Below, one piece after another: positions 1 to 64,000 of a DNA stretch of 64,000 nucleotides. The position numbers and the translations under genes are program-made. Each line of letters opens with the position of its first letter. The first letter of the stretch is position 1. This DNA is from Malacoraja senta (Eukaryota). Under the pieces are notes generated by a model. The model was not told where the DNA came from, did no database searches, and saw only the letters and a list, made by a program, of their open reading frames with translations. Location: assembly GCA_038087875.1 (NCBI GenBank), contig JAXLNO010000620.1, positions 62,001 through 126,000 on the forward strand. The letters are read 5' to 3'.

Positions 1-1228
1 ATAGGGGAGAACCAGTGGATGTGTTGTATCTGGACTTTCAGAAGGCTTTCGACAAGGTACCACATAAGAGATTAGGATACAAACTTAAATCACACGGTAT
101 TGGGGGTTCAGTATTGATGTGGATAGAGAACTGGATGGCAAACAGGAAGCAAAGAGTAGGAGTAAACGGGTCCTTTTCACAATGGCAGGCAGTAACTAGT
201 GGGGTACCACAAGGCTCAGTGCTGGGACCCCAGCTATTTACAATTTATATTAATGATCTGGACGAGGGAATTGAAAGCAACATCTCCAAGTTTGCGGATG
301 ACACTAAGCTGGGGGGCAGTGTTAGCTGTGAGGAGGATGCTAGGAGACTGCAAGGTGACTTGGATAGGCTGGGTGAGTGGGCAAATGTTTGGCAGATGCA
401 GTATAATGTGGATAAATGTGAGGTTATCCACTTTGGTAGCAAAAACGGGAAGGCAGACTATTATCTAAATGGTGGCCGATTAGGAAATGGGGAGATGCAG
501 CGAGACCTGGGTGTCATGGTACACCAGTCATTGAAAGTAGGCATGCAGGTGCAGCAGGCAGTGAAGAAAGCGAATGGTATGTTGGCCTTCATAGCAAGAG
601 GATTTGAGTATAGGAGCAGGGAGGTTCTACTGCAGTTGTACAGGGTCTTGGTGAGACCACACCTGGAGTATTGCGTACAGTTTTGGTCTCCAAATCTGAG
701 GAAGGACATTATAGCCATAGAGGGAGTGCAGAGAAGGTTCACCAGACTGATTCCTGGGATGTCAGGACTTTCATATGAAGAAAGACTGGATAGACTTGGC
801 TTATACTCGCTAGAATTTATTGAGAGGGGATCTTATAGAAACGTACAAGATTCTTATGGGGATGGACAGGCTAGATGCAGGAAGATTGTTCCCGATGTTG
901 GGGAAGTCCAGGACAAGGGGTCACAGCTTAAGGATAAGGGGGAAATCCTTTAAAACCGAGATGAGGAAAAACTTTTTCACACAGAGAGTGGTGAATCTCT
1001 GGAACTCTCTGCCACAGAGGGTAGTTGAGGCCAGTTCATTGGCTATATTTAAGAGGGAATTAGATGTGGCCCTTGTGGCTAAAGGGATCAGGGGGTATGG
1101 AGAGAAGGCAGGTACGGGATACTGAGTTGGATGATCAGCCATGATCGTATTGAATGGCGGTGCAGGCTCGAAGGGCCGAATGGCCTACTCCTGCACCTAA
1201 TTTCTATGTATCTATGTATCTATGTATT
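1..1228 (+). mobile_element. CR1-clade LINE (HER1-like) ORF2 RT region and 3' UTR
   Basis: [23 protein letters not shown] and KFADDTKL motifs. Frameshift near 818. (tatctatg)n-like tail. Confidence 0.93.
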
Positions 1229-1639
1229 TCCTGCGGTTGCGAGGGGAAAGTACCAGGGGAGGGGGTAGTTTGGGTGGGAAGGGACAAATTGACCAGGGAG
1301 TTACGGAGGGAGCAGTCTCTGCGGAAAGCAGACAGGGGAGGAGATGGGAAGATGTGGCCAGTGGTGGGATCCCGTCATTTGGTTTAGTTTAGTGTATTAT
1401 TATGATCACGTGTACCGGTTTTTGTTGCGTGCTAACCAGCCAGCGGATGATTATACACAATTACAATCAAGCTGTCCCCAGTGGACAGATACAGGGTAAA
1501 GGAAAGAGCATTTAGTGCAGGATAAACTCCAGTAAATTCCAATTAAAGATCATCTGAGGATCTCCAATAAGGTAGAAGGTAGGTCAGCAAGTGATAGGAT
1601 TTAGTTTAGAGATACAGCACGGAAACAGGCCCCTCATAA

Positions 1640-1646
1640 TAATAAT

Positions 1647-1677
<31 letters not shown>

Positions 1678-2596
1678 AAAATACTTCCCCCTAGTCCCAT
1701 CTACCTGCACTCAGACGATAACCCTCCATTCCTTTCCCGTCCATATACCCATCCAATCTATTTTTAAAGGATAACATCGAACCTGCCTCCACCACTTCCA
1801 CTGGAAGCTCATTCCACACAGCTACCACTCTCTGAGTAAAGAAGTTCCCCCTAATGTTCCCCCTAAACTTCTGTCCCTTAATTCTCAAGTCATGTCCCCT
1901 TGTTTGAATCTTCCCTACTCTCAGTGGGAAAAGCTTATCCACGTCCACTCTGTCTAACCCGCTCATAATTTTAAAGACCTCTATCAAGTCCCCTCTTAAC
2001 CTTCTGCGGTCCAAAGAATAAAGACCTAACTTGTTCAACCTTTCTCTGTAACTTAGTTGCTGAAACCCAGGCAACATTCTAGTAAATCTCCTCTGTACTC
2101 TCTCTATTTTGTTGACATCCTTCCTATAATTAGGCGACCAAAATTGTACTCCATACTCCAGAATTGGCCTCACCAATGCCTTGTACAATTTTAACATTAC
2201 ATCCCAACTTCTATATTCAATGCTCTGATTTATAAAGGCCAGCACACCAAAAGCTTTCTTTACCACCCTATCTACATGAGATTCCACCTTCAGGGAACTA
2301 TGCACAGTTATTCCTAGATCCCTCTGTTCAACTGCATTCCTCAATTCGCTACCATTTACCATGTACGTCCTATTTTGATTTGTCCTGCCGAGATGTAGCA
2401 CCTCACATTTATCAGCATTAAACTCCATCTGCCATCTTTCAGCCCACTCTTCCAAATGGCCTAAATCTCTCTGTAGACTTTGAAAATCTACTTCATTATC
2501 CACAACACCACCTATCTTAGTATCATCTGCATACTTACTAATCCAATTTTCCACACCATCATCCAGATCATTGATGTACATGACAAACAACAACAA
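1640..2596 (-). mobile_element. CR1-clade LINE, second subfamily, 5'-truncated, with an uninterrupted 301-aa RT C-terminus
   Basis: KYADDTKIGG...RRRLRGDLIEVFK. Near-identical to 33465-34379 and 20393-20899. Confidence 0.92.
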
Positions 2597-3105
2597 TATC
2601 CCCTGATTCCGCTATCTTTAACAGCCCTATCTAGCTCTCTCTTGAAAGTATCCAGAGAACTGGCCTCCACTGCCTTCTGAGGCAGAGAATTACACAGATT
2701 CACAACTCTCTGGGTGAAAAAGTTTTTCCTCATCTCCGCTCTAAATGGCTTACCCCTTATTCTTAAACTGTGGCCCCTGGTTCTGGACTCCCCCAACATC
2801 GGGAACATGTTTCCTGCCTCTAGCGTGTCCAAAACCCTTAACAATCTTATATGTTTCAATAAGATATCCTCTCATCCTTCTAAACTCAGAGTATACAAGC
2901 CCAGCCGCTCCATTCTCTCAGCATATGACAGTCCTGCCATCCCGGAATTAACCTTGTAAACCTACGCTGCACTCCCTCAATAGCAAGAATGTCCTTCCTC
3001 AAATTAGGGGACCAAAACTGCACACAATACTCAGGTGTGGTCTCACTAGGGCCTGTACAACTGCAGAAGGACCTCTTTGCTCCTATACTTGACTCCTCTT
3101 GTTAT
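2597..3105 (-). mobile_element. CR1 LINE 3' fragment
   Basis: Encodes AGNMFPMLGESRTRGHSLRIRG. Confidence 0.85.
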
Positions 3106-3205
3106 AATAAAAGCTACCCCTCAGATTCCTATTAAACCTGAGACTCGTGTCCCATGAGAAAACCATAATATCTCCTCCTATGAAGCTTTTCTTCTCTTTC
3201 AACAG

Positions 3206-55125
<51,920 letters not shown>

Positions 55126-55794
55126 GTAAGAGTTTCGGACCCATAAGAGATAGGAGCAGAATTAGGCCATTCAGCCCATCGAGCCCGCTCCGCCATTCGG
55201 TCACGGCATTCTCCTGCCATTCTCTAGACTTTAGCGCAGAGACAGGCCTGTCGGCCCACCTAGCCCGCGCCGACCGCCAAACCGCTATTGTACACACGAG
55301 GGACAATTTACAATTTCACCGAAGCCAATTAACCTACATACATGCCTTCCATCCAGAGGTGCTGCCTGTCCCACTGAGTTACTCCAGCATTTTGTGACAC
55401 CTCTTCTGTGTAAACCAGCATCTGCAGTTCCTTGCTCCCAAATCTCATGCCTTCTCTCTCCCCCCCCCCCACCCAATCTTTGAGGCCCCTATCCATTTCA
55501 CTGCAACTTGTCAAAAGTGACAATAAAGTATTAATTAATTAATTAATTAATTCATTCAGGGTGGTGAATCTGTGGAACTCATTGCCACAGAATAAGGCTG
55601 TGGAGGCCAAGTCAATGGATATTTTTAAGGCCGAGATAGATAGATTCTTGATTAGTGCGGGTGTCAGCGGTTGTGGGGAGAAGGCAGGAGAATGGGGTTA
55701 GGAGGGAGAGATAGATCAGCCACGATTGAATGGCGGAGTAGACATGATGGGCCGAATGGCCTAATTCTGCACCTATCACTTATGACCTTATGAC

Positions 55795-58700
55795 CATTCA
55801 CTCAATCATTCACTCACTCTCATTCACTCTCACTCACTCACTCTCACACTCACTCACTCTCTCACTCTTATTCACTCTCACTCACTCACTCTCACACTCA
55901 CTCACTCACACACTCACTCACTCACTCCTTCATTCATTCATTTATTCATTCACTCATTCACCTGCCCACTCGCTTACTCACTCACTCACACTCACCCTCC
56001 TACTCAATCACTCACTCGCTTCCGCCATTCACCCCTCACACTCACTCACTCACTCACTCACTCACTCACTCACCCTCCCTACTCAATCACTCACACTCGC
56101 TCCGCCATTCACCCTCACACTCACTCACTCACTCGCTTACTCACTCACTCACTCACTCACTCACTCACTCACTCACTCACTCACTCACTCACTCACTCAC
56201 TCACTCACTCACTCACTCACTCACTCACTCACTCACATCATTCACTCACTCACTCACTCACTCTCACTCACTCACACTCACTCACTCACTCACTCACTCA
56301 CTCACATCACTCACATCACTCACTCACTCACTCACTCACTCACTCACTCACTCACTCACTCACTCACTCACTCACTCACTCACACTCACTCCTCACTCAC
56401 TCACTCACTCACTCACTCACTCACTCACTCACTCACTCACTCACTCACTCACTCACTCACTCACCACTCACACTTCACTCACTCACTCACTCACTCACAC
56501 TCACTCACTCACTCACTCACTCACTCACATCACTCACACTCACTCACTCACTCACTCACTCACTCACTCTTCACACTCACTCACTCATCACTCACTCACT
56601 CACTCACTCACTCACTCACTCAACTCACTCACATCACTCACTCACTCACTCACCACCACTCACATCACTCACTCATTCACTTCACTCACTCACACACTCA
56701 CTCACTCATCACTCACTCACTCACTCACTCACTCACTCACTCACTCACTCACTCACACTCACTCACTCACTCACATCACTCACATCACTCACTCATCACT
56801 CACTCACTCACTCAATCACTCACTCACTCACTCACTCACTCACATCACTCACTCACTCACTCATTCACTCACATCACTCACTCACTCACTCACTCACTCA
56901 CACACTCACTCACTCACTTCACACTCACTCACTCACATCACTACACTCACTCACTCACTCACTCACTCACACTCACTCACTCACTCACTCACTCACTCAC
57001 CACTCACTCACTCACTCACTCACTCACACCTCACTCACACATCACATCACTCACTCACTCACTCACTCACCACTCACTCACTCACTCACTCACTCACACT
57101 CACTCACTCACTCACTCACTCACTCACATCACTCACACTCACTCACACACTCACTCACATCACTCACATCACTCACTCATCACTCACTCACTCACTCACA
57201 CACTCACTCACTCACTCACTTCACTCACTCACTCACTCACTCCACTTCACTCACACACACTTCACTCACTCACTCACATCACACTCACTCACTCACTCAC
57301 TTCACTCACTCACTCACACTCACTCACACTCACTCACTCACTCATCACTCACTCACTCACCACTCATCACACACTCACCACTCACTCACTCACTCTCACA
57401 CTCACTCACATCACTCCACTCACTCACTCACATCACTCACTCACTCACTCAACTCACTCACACACTCACACTCACTTCACTCACATCACTCACCTCACTC
57501 ACTCACTCACTCACACACTCACTCACTCACTCACTCACTCTCACTCACTCACTTCACTCACTCACTCACCTCACTCACTCACTCACTCACATCACTCACT
57601 CACTCACTCACTCACTCACTCACTCACTCACTCACTCACTCTCACTCACTCACTCACTCACTCACTCACTCACATCACTCACTCACTCACTCACTCACTT
57701 CACTCACTCACTCACTCACACTCACTCACTCACCACCACTCACTCACATCACTCACCACCACTCACTCACCTCACTCACTCACTCACACACTCACACACT
57801 CACTCACTCACACCTCACTCACTCACCACACCCACTCACTCACCACCACTCACATCACTCACCACTCACTCACCACTCACCCACCACCACTCACTCACAC
57901 ACTCACTCACTCACTCACCATCATCACACTCACATCACTCACTCACCACCACTCACACACCTCACTCCACTCACTCACTCACTCACCACACACACCACTC
58001 ACCCACACACCACATCACCACCACACACTCACTCACTCACTCACCACCTCACCACACACTCACCACACTCACCCACTCACTCACTCACTCACTCACTCAA
58101 CCACTCACTCACCACACACACACTCACCACACCACACTCACTCACCACTCACTCACCCACCACACCACCACCACTCACCACCTCACCCCACTCACACCAC
58201 TCACTCACTCACTCACTCACCACACAACACTCACCTCACTCACCCACACTCACCACACCACCACCCACCACCACACACTCACCACCACCACCCACTCACC
58301 ACCACTCACCACCACCACCACCACCACTCACCCACACCACACCACACACCACCACCACTCACACCACTCACCCACACACCACCACTCACTCACACCACCT
58401 CACTCACCACCACACACCACCACACCACCACACACACCACACACCACACCACCACCCACACACCACACCACCACACCACACACACCACACCACCCACCAC
58501 CACACACCACCACCACCACCACCACCACCCACACACACTCACCACTCACACTCACCACTCACCCACACCACACACTCACCACCACTCCACACACCACTCA
58601 CTCACCACCCACTCACACACACACCACCACACACACCACATCACTCACCACACCACACCACTCACTCACATCACTCACACACTCACTCACTCACTCACCA

Positions 58701-60813
58701 CACTCACTCACACCACAACACACACACACACACACACACCACACACACCACACAACACCACCACCACTCACACACCTCACTCACTCACACACACCACCTC
58801 ACTCACCACTCACTCACTCACTCACACACACACTCACACACTCACTCCACTCACACACTCACTCACTCACTCACTCACTCACACACTCACTCACACTCAC
58901 TCACACACTCCACAACACACCACACACTCACTCACACCATCACTCACTCACACACTCACTCACCACACACACACACTCACACACCTCATTCACTCACTCA
59001 CTCACTCACCACTCACTCACTCACTCACTCACATCACTCACTCACACACTCACTCACTCACTCACTCACATCATCACTCACTCACTCACTCACTCACTCA
59101 CCACTCACTCACTCACTCACTCACACACTCACTCACTCACTCACTCACTCACACACACTCACTCACTCACCACTCACATCATTCACTCACTCACTCACTC
59201 ACTCACTCACTCACTCACTCACACACTCACTCACTCACTCACTCACTCACTCACTCACTCACTCACTCACTCACATCACTCACTCACACTCACACACACT
59301 CACTCACATCACACACTCACACTCACTCACTCACTCACTCACTCACTCACTCACTCACTCACTCACTCACTCACTCATCACTCACTCACTCACTCACTCA
59401 CATCACATCACTCACTCACTCACTCACTCATCACTCACTCACTCACTCACTCACTCACTCACACTCACTCACTCACTCACTCACTCACTCACTCACTCAC
59501 TCACTCACTCACTCACACTCACTCACTCACTCACTCACTCACTCATCACTCATCACTCACTCACTCACTCACTCACTCACTCACTCACTCACACTCACTC
59601 ACTCACTCACTCACTCACTCACTCACTCACTCACTCACTCACTCACTCACTCATCACTCACTCACTCACACTCACTCACACTCACTCACTCACTCACTCA
59701 CTCACTCACTCACTCACTCACTCACTCACTCACTCACATCACTCACTCACTCACTCACTCACTCACATTCATTCACTCACTCACTCACTCACTCACTCAC
59801 TCACTCACTCACTCACTCACTCACTCACTCACATCACTCACTCACTCACTCACTCACACTCACTCACTCACTCACTCACTCACTCACTCACTCACTCACT
59901 CACTCACTCACTCACTCACTCACTCACTCACTCACTCACTCACTCACTCACTCACTCACTCACTCACTCACTCACTCATCACTCACTCACTCACTCACTC
60001 ACTCACTCACTCACATTCACTCACTCACTCACTCACTCACTCACACACTCACTCACTCACTCACTCACTCATCACTCACTCACTCACTCACTCACTCACT
60101 CACTCACTCACTCACTCACTCACTCTCACTCACTCACTCACTTCACTCACTCACTCACTCACTCACTCACTCACTCACTCATCATCACTCACTCACTCAC
60201 TCACTCACTCACTCACTCACTCACTCACTCACTCACTCACTCATCTCACTCACTCACTCACTCACTCACACTCACTCACTCACTCACTCACTCACTCACT
60301 CACTCACTCACTCACTCACTCACACTCACTCACTCACTCACTCACATTCATTCACTCACTCACTCACTCATCACTCACTCACTCACTCACTCACTCACTC
60401 ACATCTCACTCACTCACTCACTCACTCACTCACTCACTCACTCACTCACTCACTCACTCACTCACTCATCACTCACTCACTCACTCACTCACTCACTCAC
60501 TCACTCACTCACTCACTCACTCACTCACTCACTCACATCACTCTCACTCACTCACTCACTCACTCACTCACTCACTCACTCACTCACTCACTCACTCACT
60601 CACTCACTTCACTCACTCACTCACTCACTCACTTCACTTCACTCACTCACTCACTCACTCACTCACTCACTCACTCACTCACTCACTCACTCACTCACTC
60701 CACTCACTCACTCACTCACTCACTCACTCACTCACATTCATTCACTCACTCACTCACTCACTTCACTCACTCACTCACTCACTCACTCACTCACTCACTC
60801 ACTCACTCACTCA
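55795..60813. repeat. (CACT)n tetranucleotide array of about 5 kb with a degenerate CAC-rich centre
   Basis: Direct inspection. The 1801-aa THSL ORF is simply a translation of this repeat. Confidence 0.97.
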
Positions 60814-61013
60814 NNNNNNNNNNNNNNNNNNNNNNNNNNNNNNNNNNNNNNNNNNNNNNNNNNNNNNNNNNNNNNNNNNNNNNNNNNNNNNNNNNNNNNN
60901 NNNNNNNNNNNNNNNNNNNNNNNNNNNNNNNNNNNNNNNNNNNNNNNNNNNNNNNNNNNNNNNNNNNNNNNNNNNNNNNNNNNNNNNNNNNNNNNNNNNN
61001 NNNNNNNNNNNNN
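60814..61013. other. Assembly gap (200 N)
   Basis: Run of n. Confidence 1.
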
Positions 61014-61065
61014 ATCCTCCATGTATCCAGCCCACTGAGGAGTGTAGGAACTTTGTATTTCCCAG

Positions 61066-61153
61066 AGATCTCCTCAAATACAATTGGACTCTCGAGCACA
61101 CAGGCAGAGTCTACTCAATGTCACCCGCACAACAAATATTATTACGGAACCAA
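61066..61153 (+). CDS. Possible Ser/Thr-rich stalk exon downstream of the gap (88 bp; needs a 1-bp correction to be phase 1-1)
   Basis: ctttgtatttcccag|AG gives EISSNTIGLSSTQAES. The +1 frame gives NVTRTTNIITEP up to A|gtattg. Confidence 0.25.
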
Positions 61154-61409
61154 GTATTGTCAATCGTTGCTACATTTGCTCTGTGCAAAGTTTAGCTTTG
61201 TATGTAGAAAAAAACATAAGACAGGAAGAAAATAGGTGAGGAGTAGGCTCCGCCTCTCAGGCCTATCCTCTGATCAATGTGATAATGGCTGAACGAAGCT
61301 GGTTCCAGTTCCTCTTCAGTGTGACTTCCCCATCACCCTCTGTTTAATGATCTTTCCAATATCCAACTATTTTACCTTCACCTATACCCAGAAATCTGGC
61401 CTGTCACCA

Positions 61410-63062
61410 TCAATAGACAATAGGTGCAGGGGTAGGCCATTCGGCCCTTCGGGCCAGCACCGCCATTCAATGTGATCATGGCTGATCATCCTCAATCAGT
61501 ACCCCGTTCCTGCCTTCTCCCCATATCCCCTGACTCCGCTTTTTTTAAGAGCCCTATCTAGCTCTCTCTTGAAAGCATCCAAAGAACCTGCCTCCACCGT
61601 CCTCTGAGGCAGAGAATTCCACAGACTCACCACTCACTGTGAGGAAAATGTGTTTCCTCGTCTCCGTTCTAAATGGCTTACTCCTTATTCTTAAACTGTG
61701 GCCCCTGGTTCTGGACTCCCCCAACATCGGGAACATGTTTCCTGCCTCTAGCATGTCCAAACCCTTAACAATCTTATATATTTCAATGAGATTCCCTCTC
61801 ATCCTAAACTTCAGGGTGTACAAGCCCAGCTGCTCCATTCCCTCAGCATACGACAATCCCGCCATATCGGGAATTAACCTTGTAAACCTACGCTGCACTC
61901 TTTCAATAGCAAGAATGTCCTTCCTCAAATTAGGGTACCAAAATTGCACACAATACTCCAGGTGTGGTCTCACTAGGGCTCTGTACAACTGCAGAAGGAC
62001 CTCTTTGCTCCTATATTCGATTCCTCTTGTTATAAAGGCCAACATGCCATTCGCTTTCTTCACTGCCTGCTGTACCTGCATGCTTACTTTCATAGACTGA
62101 TGTACAAGATCCCGTTGTACTACCCCTTTTCCCAACTTGACACCATTTAGATAGTAATCTGCCTTCCTGTTTTACTACCAAAGTGGATAACCACACATTT
62201 ATCCGCATTAAATTTCGCCTGTCCAAGTCACCCTGCATTCTCATAGCATCCTCCTCACAGTTCACACTGCCACCCAGCTTTGTGTCATCTGCAAATTTGC
62301 TAATGTTACTTTGAATCCCTTCATCCAAATCATTGATGTATATTGTAAATAGCTGCGGTCCCAGCACCGAGCCTTGCGGTACCCCACTAGTCACTGCCTG
62401 CCATTCTGAAAGGGACCCGTTAATCCCTACTCTTTGTTTCCTGTCTGCCAACCACTTCTTTATCCATGTGAGCACTCTACCCCCAATACCAAGTGCCATA
62501 ATTTTGCCCACTAATCTCCTATGTGGGACCTTATCAAATGCTTTCTGAAAGTTCAGGTACACTACATCCACTGGTTCTCCCTTGTCCTTTTTCCTAGTTA
62601 CATCTTCAAATAATTCCAGAAGATTAGTCAAGCATGATTTCCCCTTCGTAAATCCATGCTGACTCGGACCGATCCTGTTACTGCTATCCAAATGTTTCGC
62701 TATCTCATCTTTTATAATTGACTCCAGCATCTTCCCCACCACCGATGTCAGGCTAACTGGTCTATAATTCCCTGTTTCCTCTCTCCCGCATTTCCTAAAA
62801 TGTGCAATAACATTAGCTACCCTCCAATGCACAGGAACTGATCCTGAGTCTATAGAACATTGGAAAATTATCACCAATGCATCCACGATTTCTAGAGCAA
62901 CTTCCTTAAGTACCCTGGGATGCAGACCATCAGGCCCTGGGGATTTATCAGCCTTCAGTCCCATCAGTCTATCCAACACCATTTCCTGTCTAATGTGGAT
63001 TTCCTTCAATTCCTCCGTCACCCCAGATCCTCTGGCCACTTCTATATCAGGAAGATTGTTTA
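61410..63062 (-). mobile_element. Longest CR1 LINE copy (about 1.65 kb), RT domain and 3' UTR
   Basis: [48 protein letters not shown] and FADDTKL motifs, with small frameshifting deletions. Confidence 0.93.
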
Positions 63063-64000
63063 CGTCATACAATTCCAGATATTTACTGCTATGTTAGAGA
63101 AACAACTTCAACCGTCTGCATGGTACGTGGTCTGGATGTTTGGATCTGATCGAATCCAGGAAGAGTTACATAATGGAGCATAACCGTGGCCTGAAGGCAG
63201 GAGACAGAGGGTTGGTGGAGGAATGCTTTTCAGACAGGAGGCTCTCGCAAAGGGTGTGCCATAGAGCTCGACTCTATCTCCATTGTTGGTCGTTATTTAT
63301 GCGAACGCTTTGTATGAGTATGTGGGTGGCATGTTAGTAGGTTTGTGGAGGACACTAAGATTGGTGGCGTCATGGAGAGGGAAGAAGGTGACCTGAGATG
63401 AAATGTGATCTTAATTAGCAGGTCTAATGGGCTGAAGAATGGAAGACAGAATGTTTTAAAGTCTAAAGATTGAGGGCATCAGTTTAAAGTGAGATGGTAA
63501 AGTAGGAACAGGCATTGAAGGTAAATTTTTTCAGACAGTGGACGGTAGAGAGATAGAACGAGATGCCGGAGGTGGAGGTGAGTACAATTACTGTGTAATG
63601 TTTGCATTTATGGTACTTAAAGATATAATCAATGAGAAGAATGGAAACTGAACAAGTTTTACCTCGCTGAATGGCACAGGTTTCTCTCCACATCGTGTTC
63701 AGCACAAAGTGGTGATGAATCTTTTCAATCGGCAAGGTACCATCTGTCACTCACAATGTACGAACTTCATCACTAACCCTGCAAATATTTAACAGCTGGT
63801 TAAAATCTGATCTTCAACAATTTCGGAGCTGTTGTACAAAAACATGCAGCGTTTCAATCAAGAGCTGTCCTACCTTCTTTTCCGACCAGCTGCCTCCTGA
63901 AAGAAATAAGACACACATCTGAATAACTGAGAAAGAACATCCACATCCACATCCCGACAGCAGAAATGGCACGCAAATTTCCACAAGATTCCTATTACCC

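Noticed and set aside
55790..61195. 1801-aa His/Thr/Ser/Leu ORF
   Set aside because: It is a translation of the (CACT)n repeat, which has no stop codons on this strand, and it runs through an N gap.
63663..63896. Minus-strand exon-like segment (ttatttctttcag|...GAG|gtaaaa)
   Set aside because: All three frames contain stops and no recognisable domain is encoded. It could only be non-coding or degenerate.

Overview
Eukaryotic, repeat-saturated genomic window, most likely from a cartilaginous fish (skate/ray/shark). The taxon is inferred from dense CR1/HER1-type LINE 3' ends and tRNA-derived HE1/V-SINE-like elements. Most six-frame ORFs are LINE reverse-transcriptase fragments or noise. Hidden among the repeats is an internal portion of one + strand multi-exon gene. 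It has six exons that each encode one complete short-form C-type lectin-like domain (CTLD; 369, 369, 370, 357, 357 and 353 bp). These are interleaved with at least eight small linker exons (72, 72, 117, 126, 102, 111, 120, 51 bp), most of which are not visible in the ORF track. Every exon is phase 1-1 (symmetric), and together they give about 980 codons of linker-CTLD repeats. No signal peptide, transmembrane segment or stop exon was found in the window. CTLD3, CTLD6 and a duplicated linker exon each carry a 1-bp indel (assembly error or pseudogenisation). None of the CTLDs has a canonical EPN/QPD+WND sugar-binding motif. Also present are L2, Rex1/Babar-like, L1 and Penelope-like fragments, two non-autonomous DNA transposon types, local duplications, a poly-G tract, and a 5-kb (CACT)n array ending at a 200-N gap.
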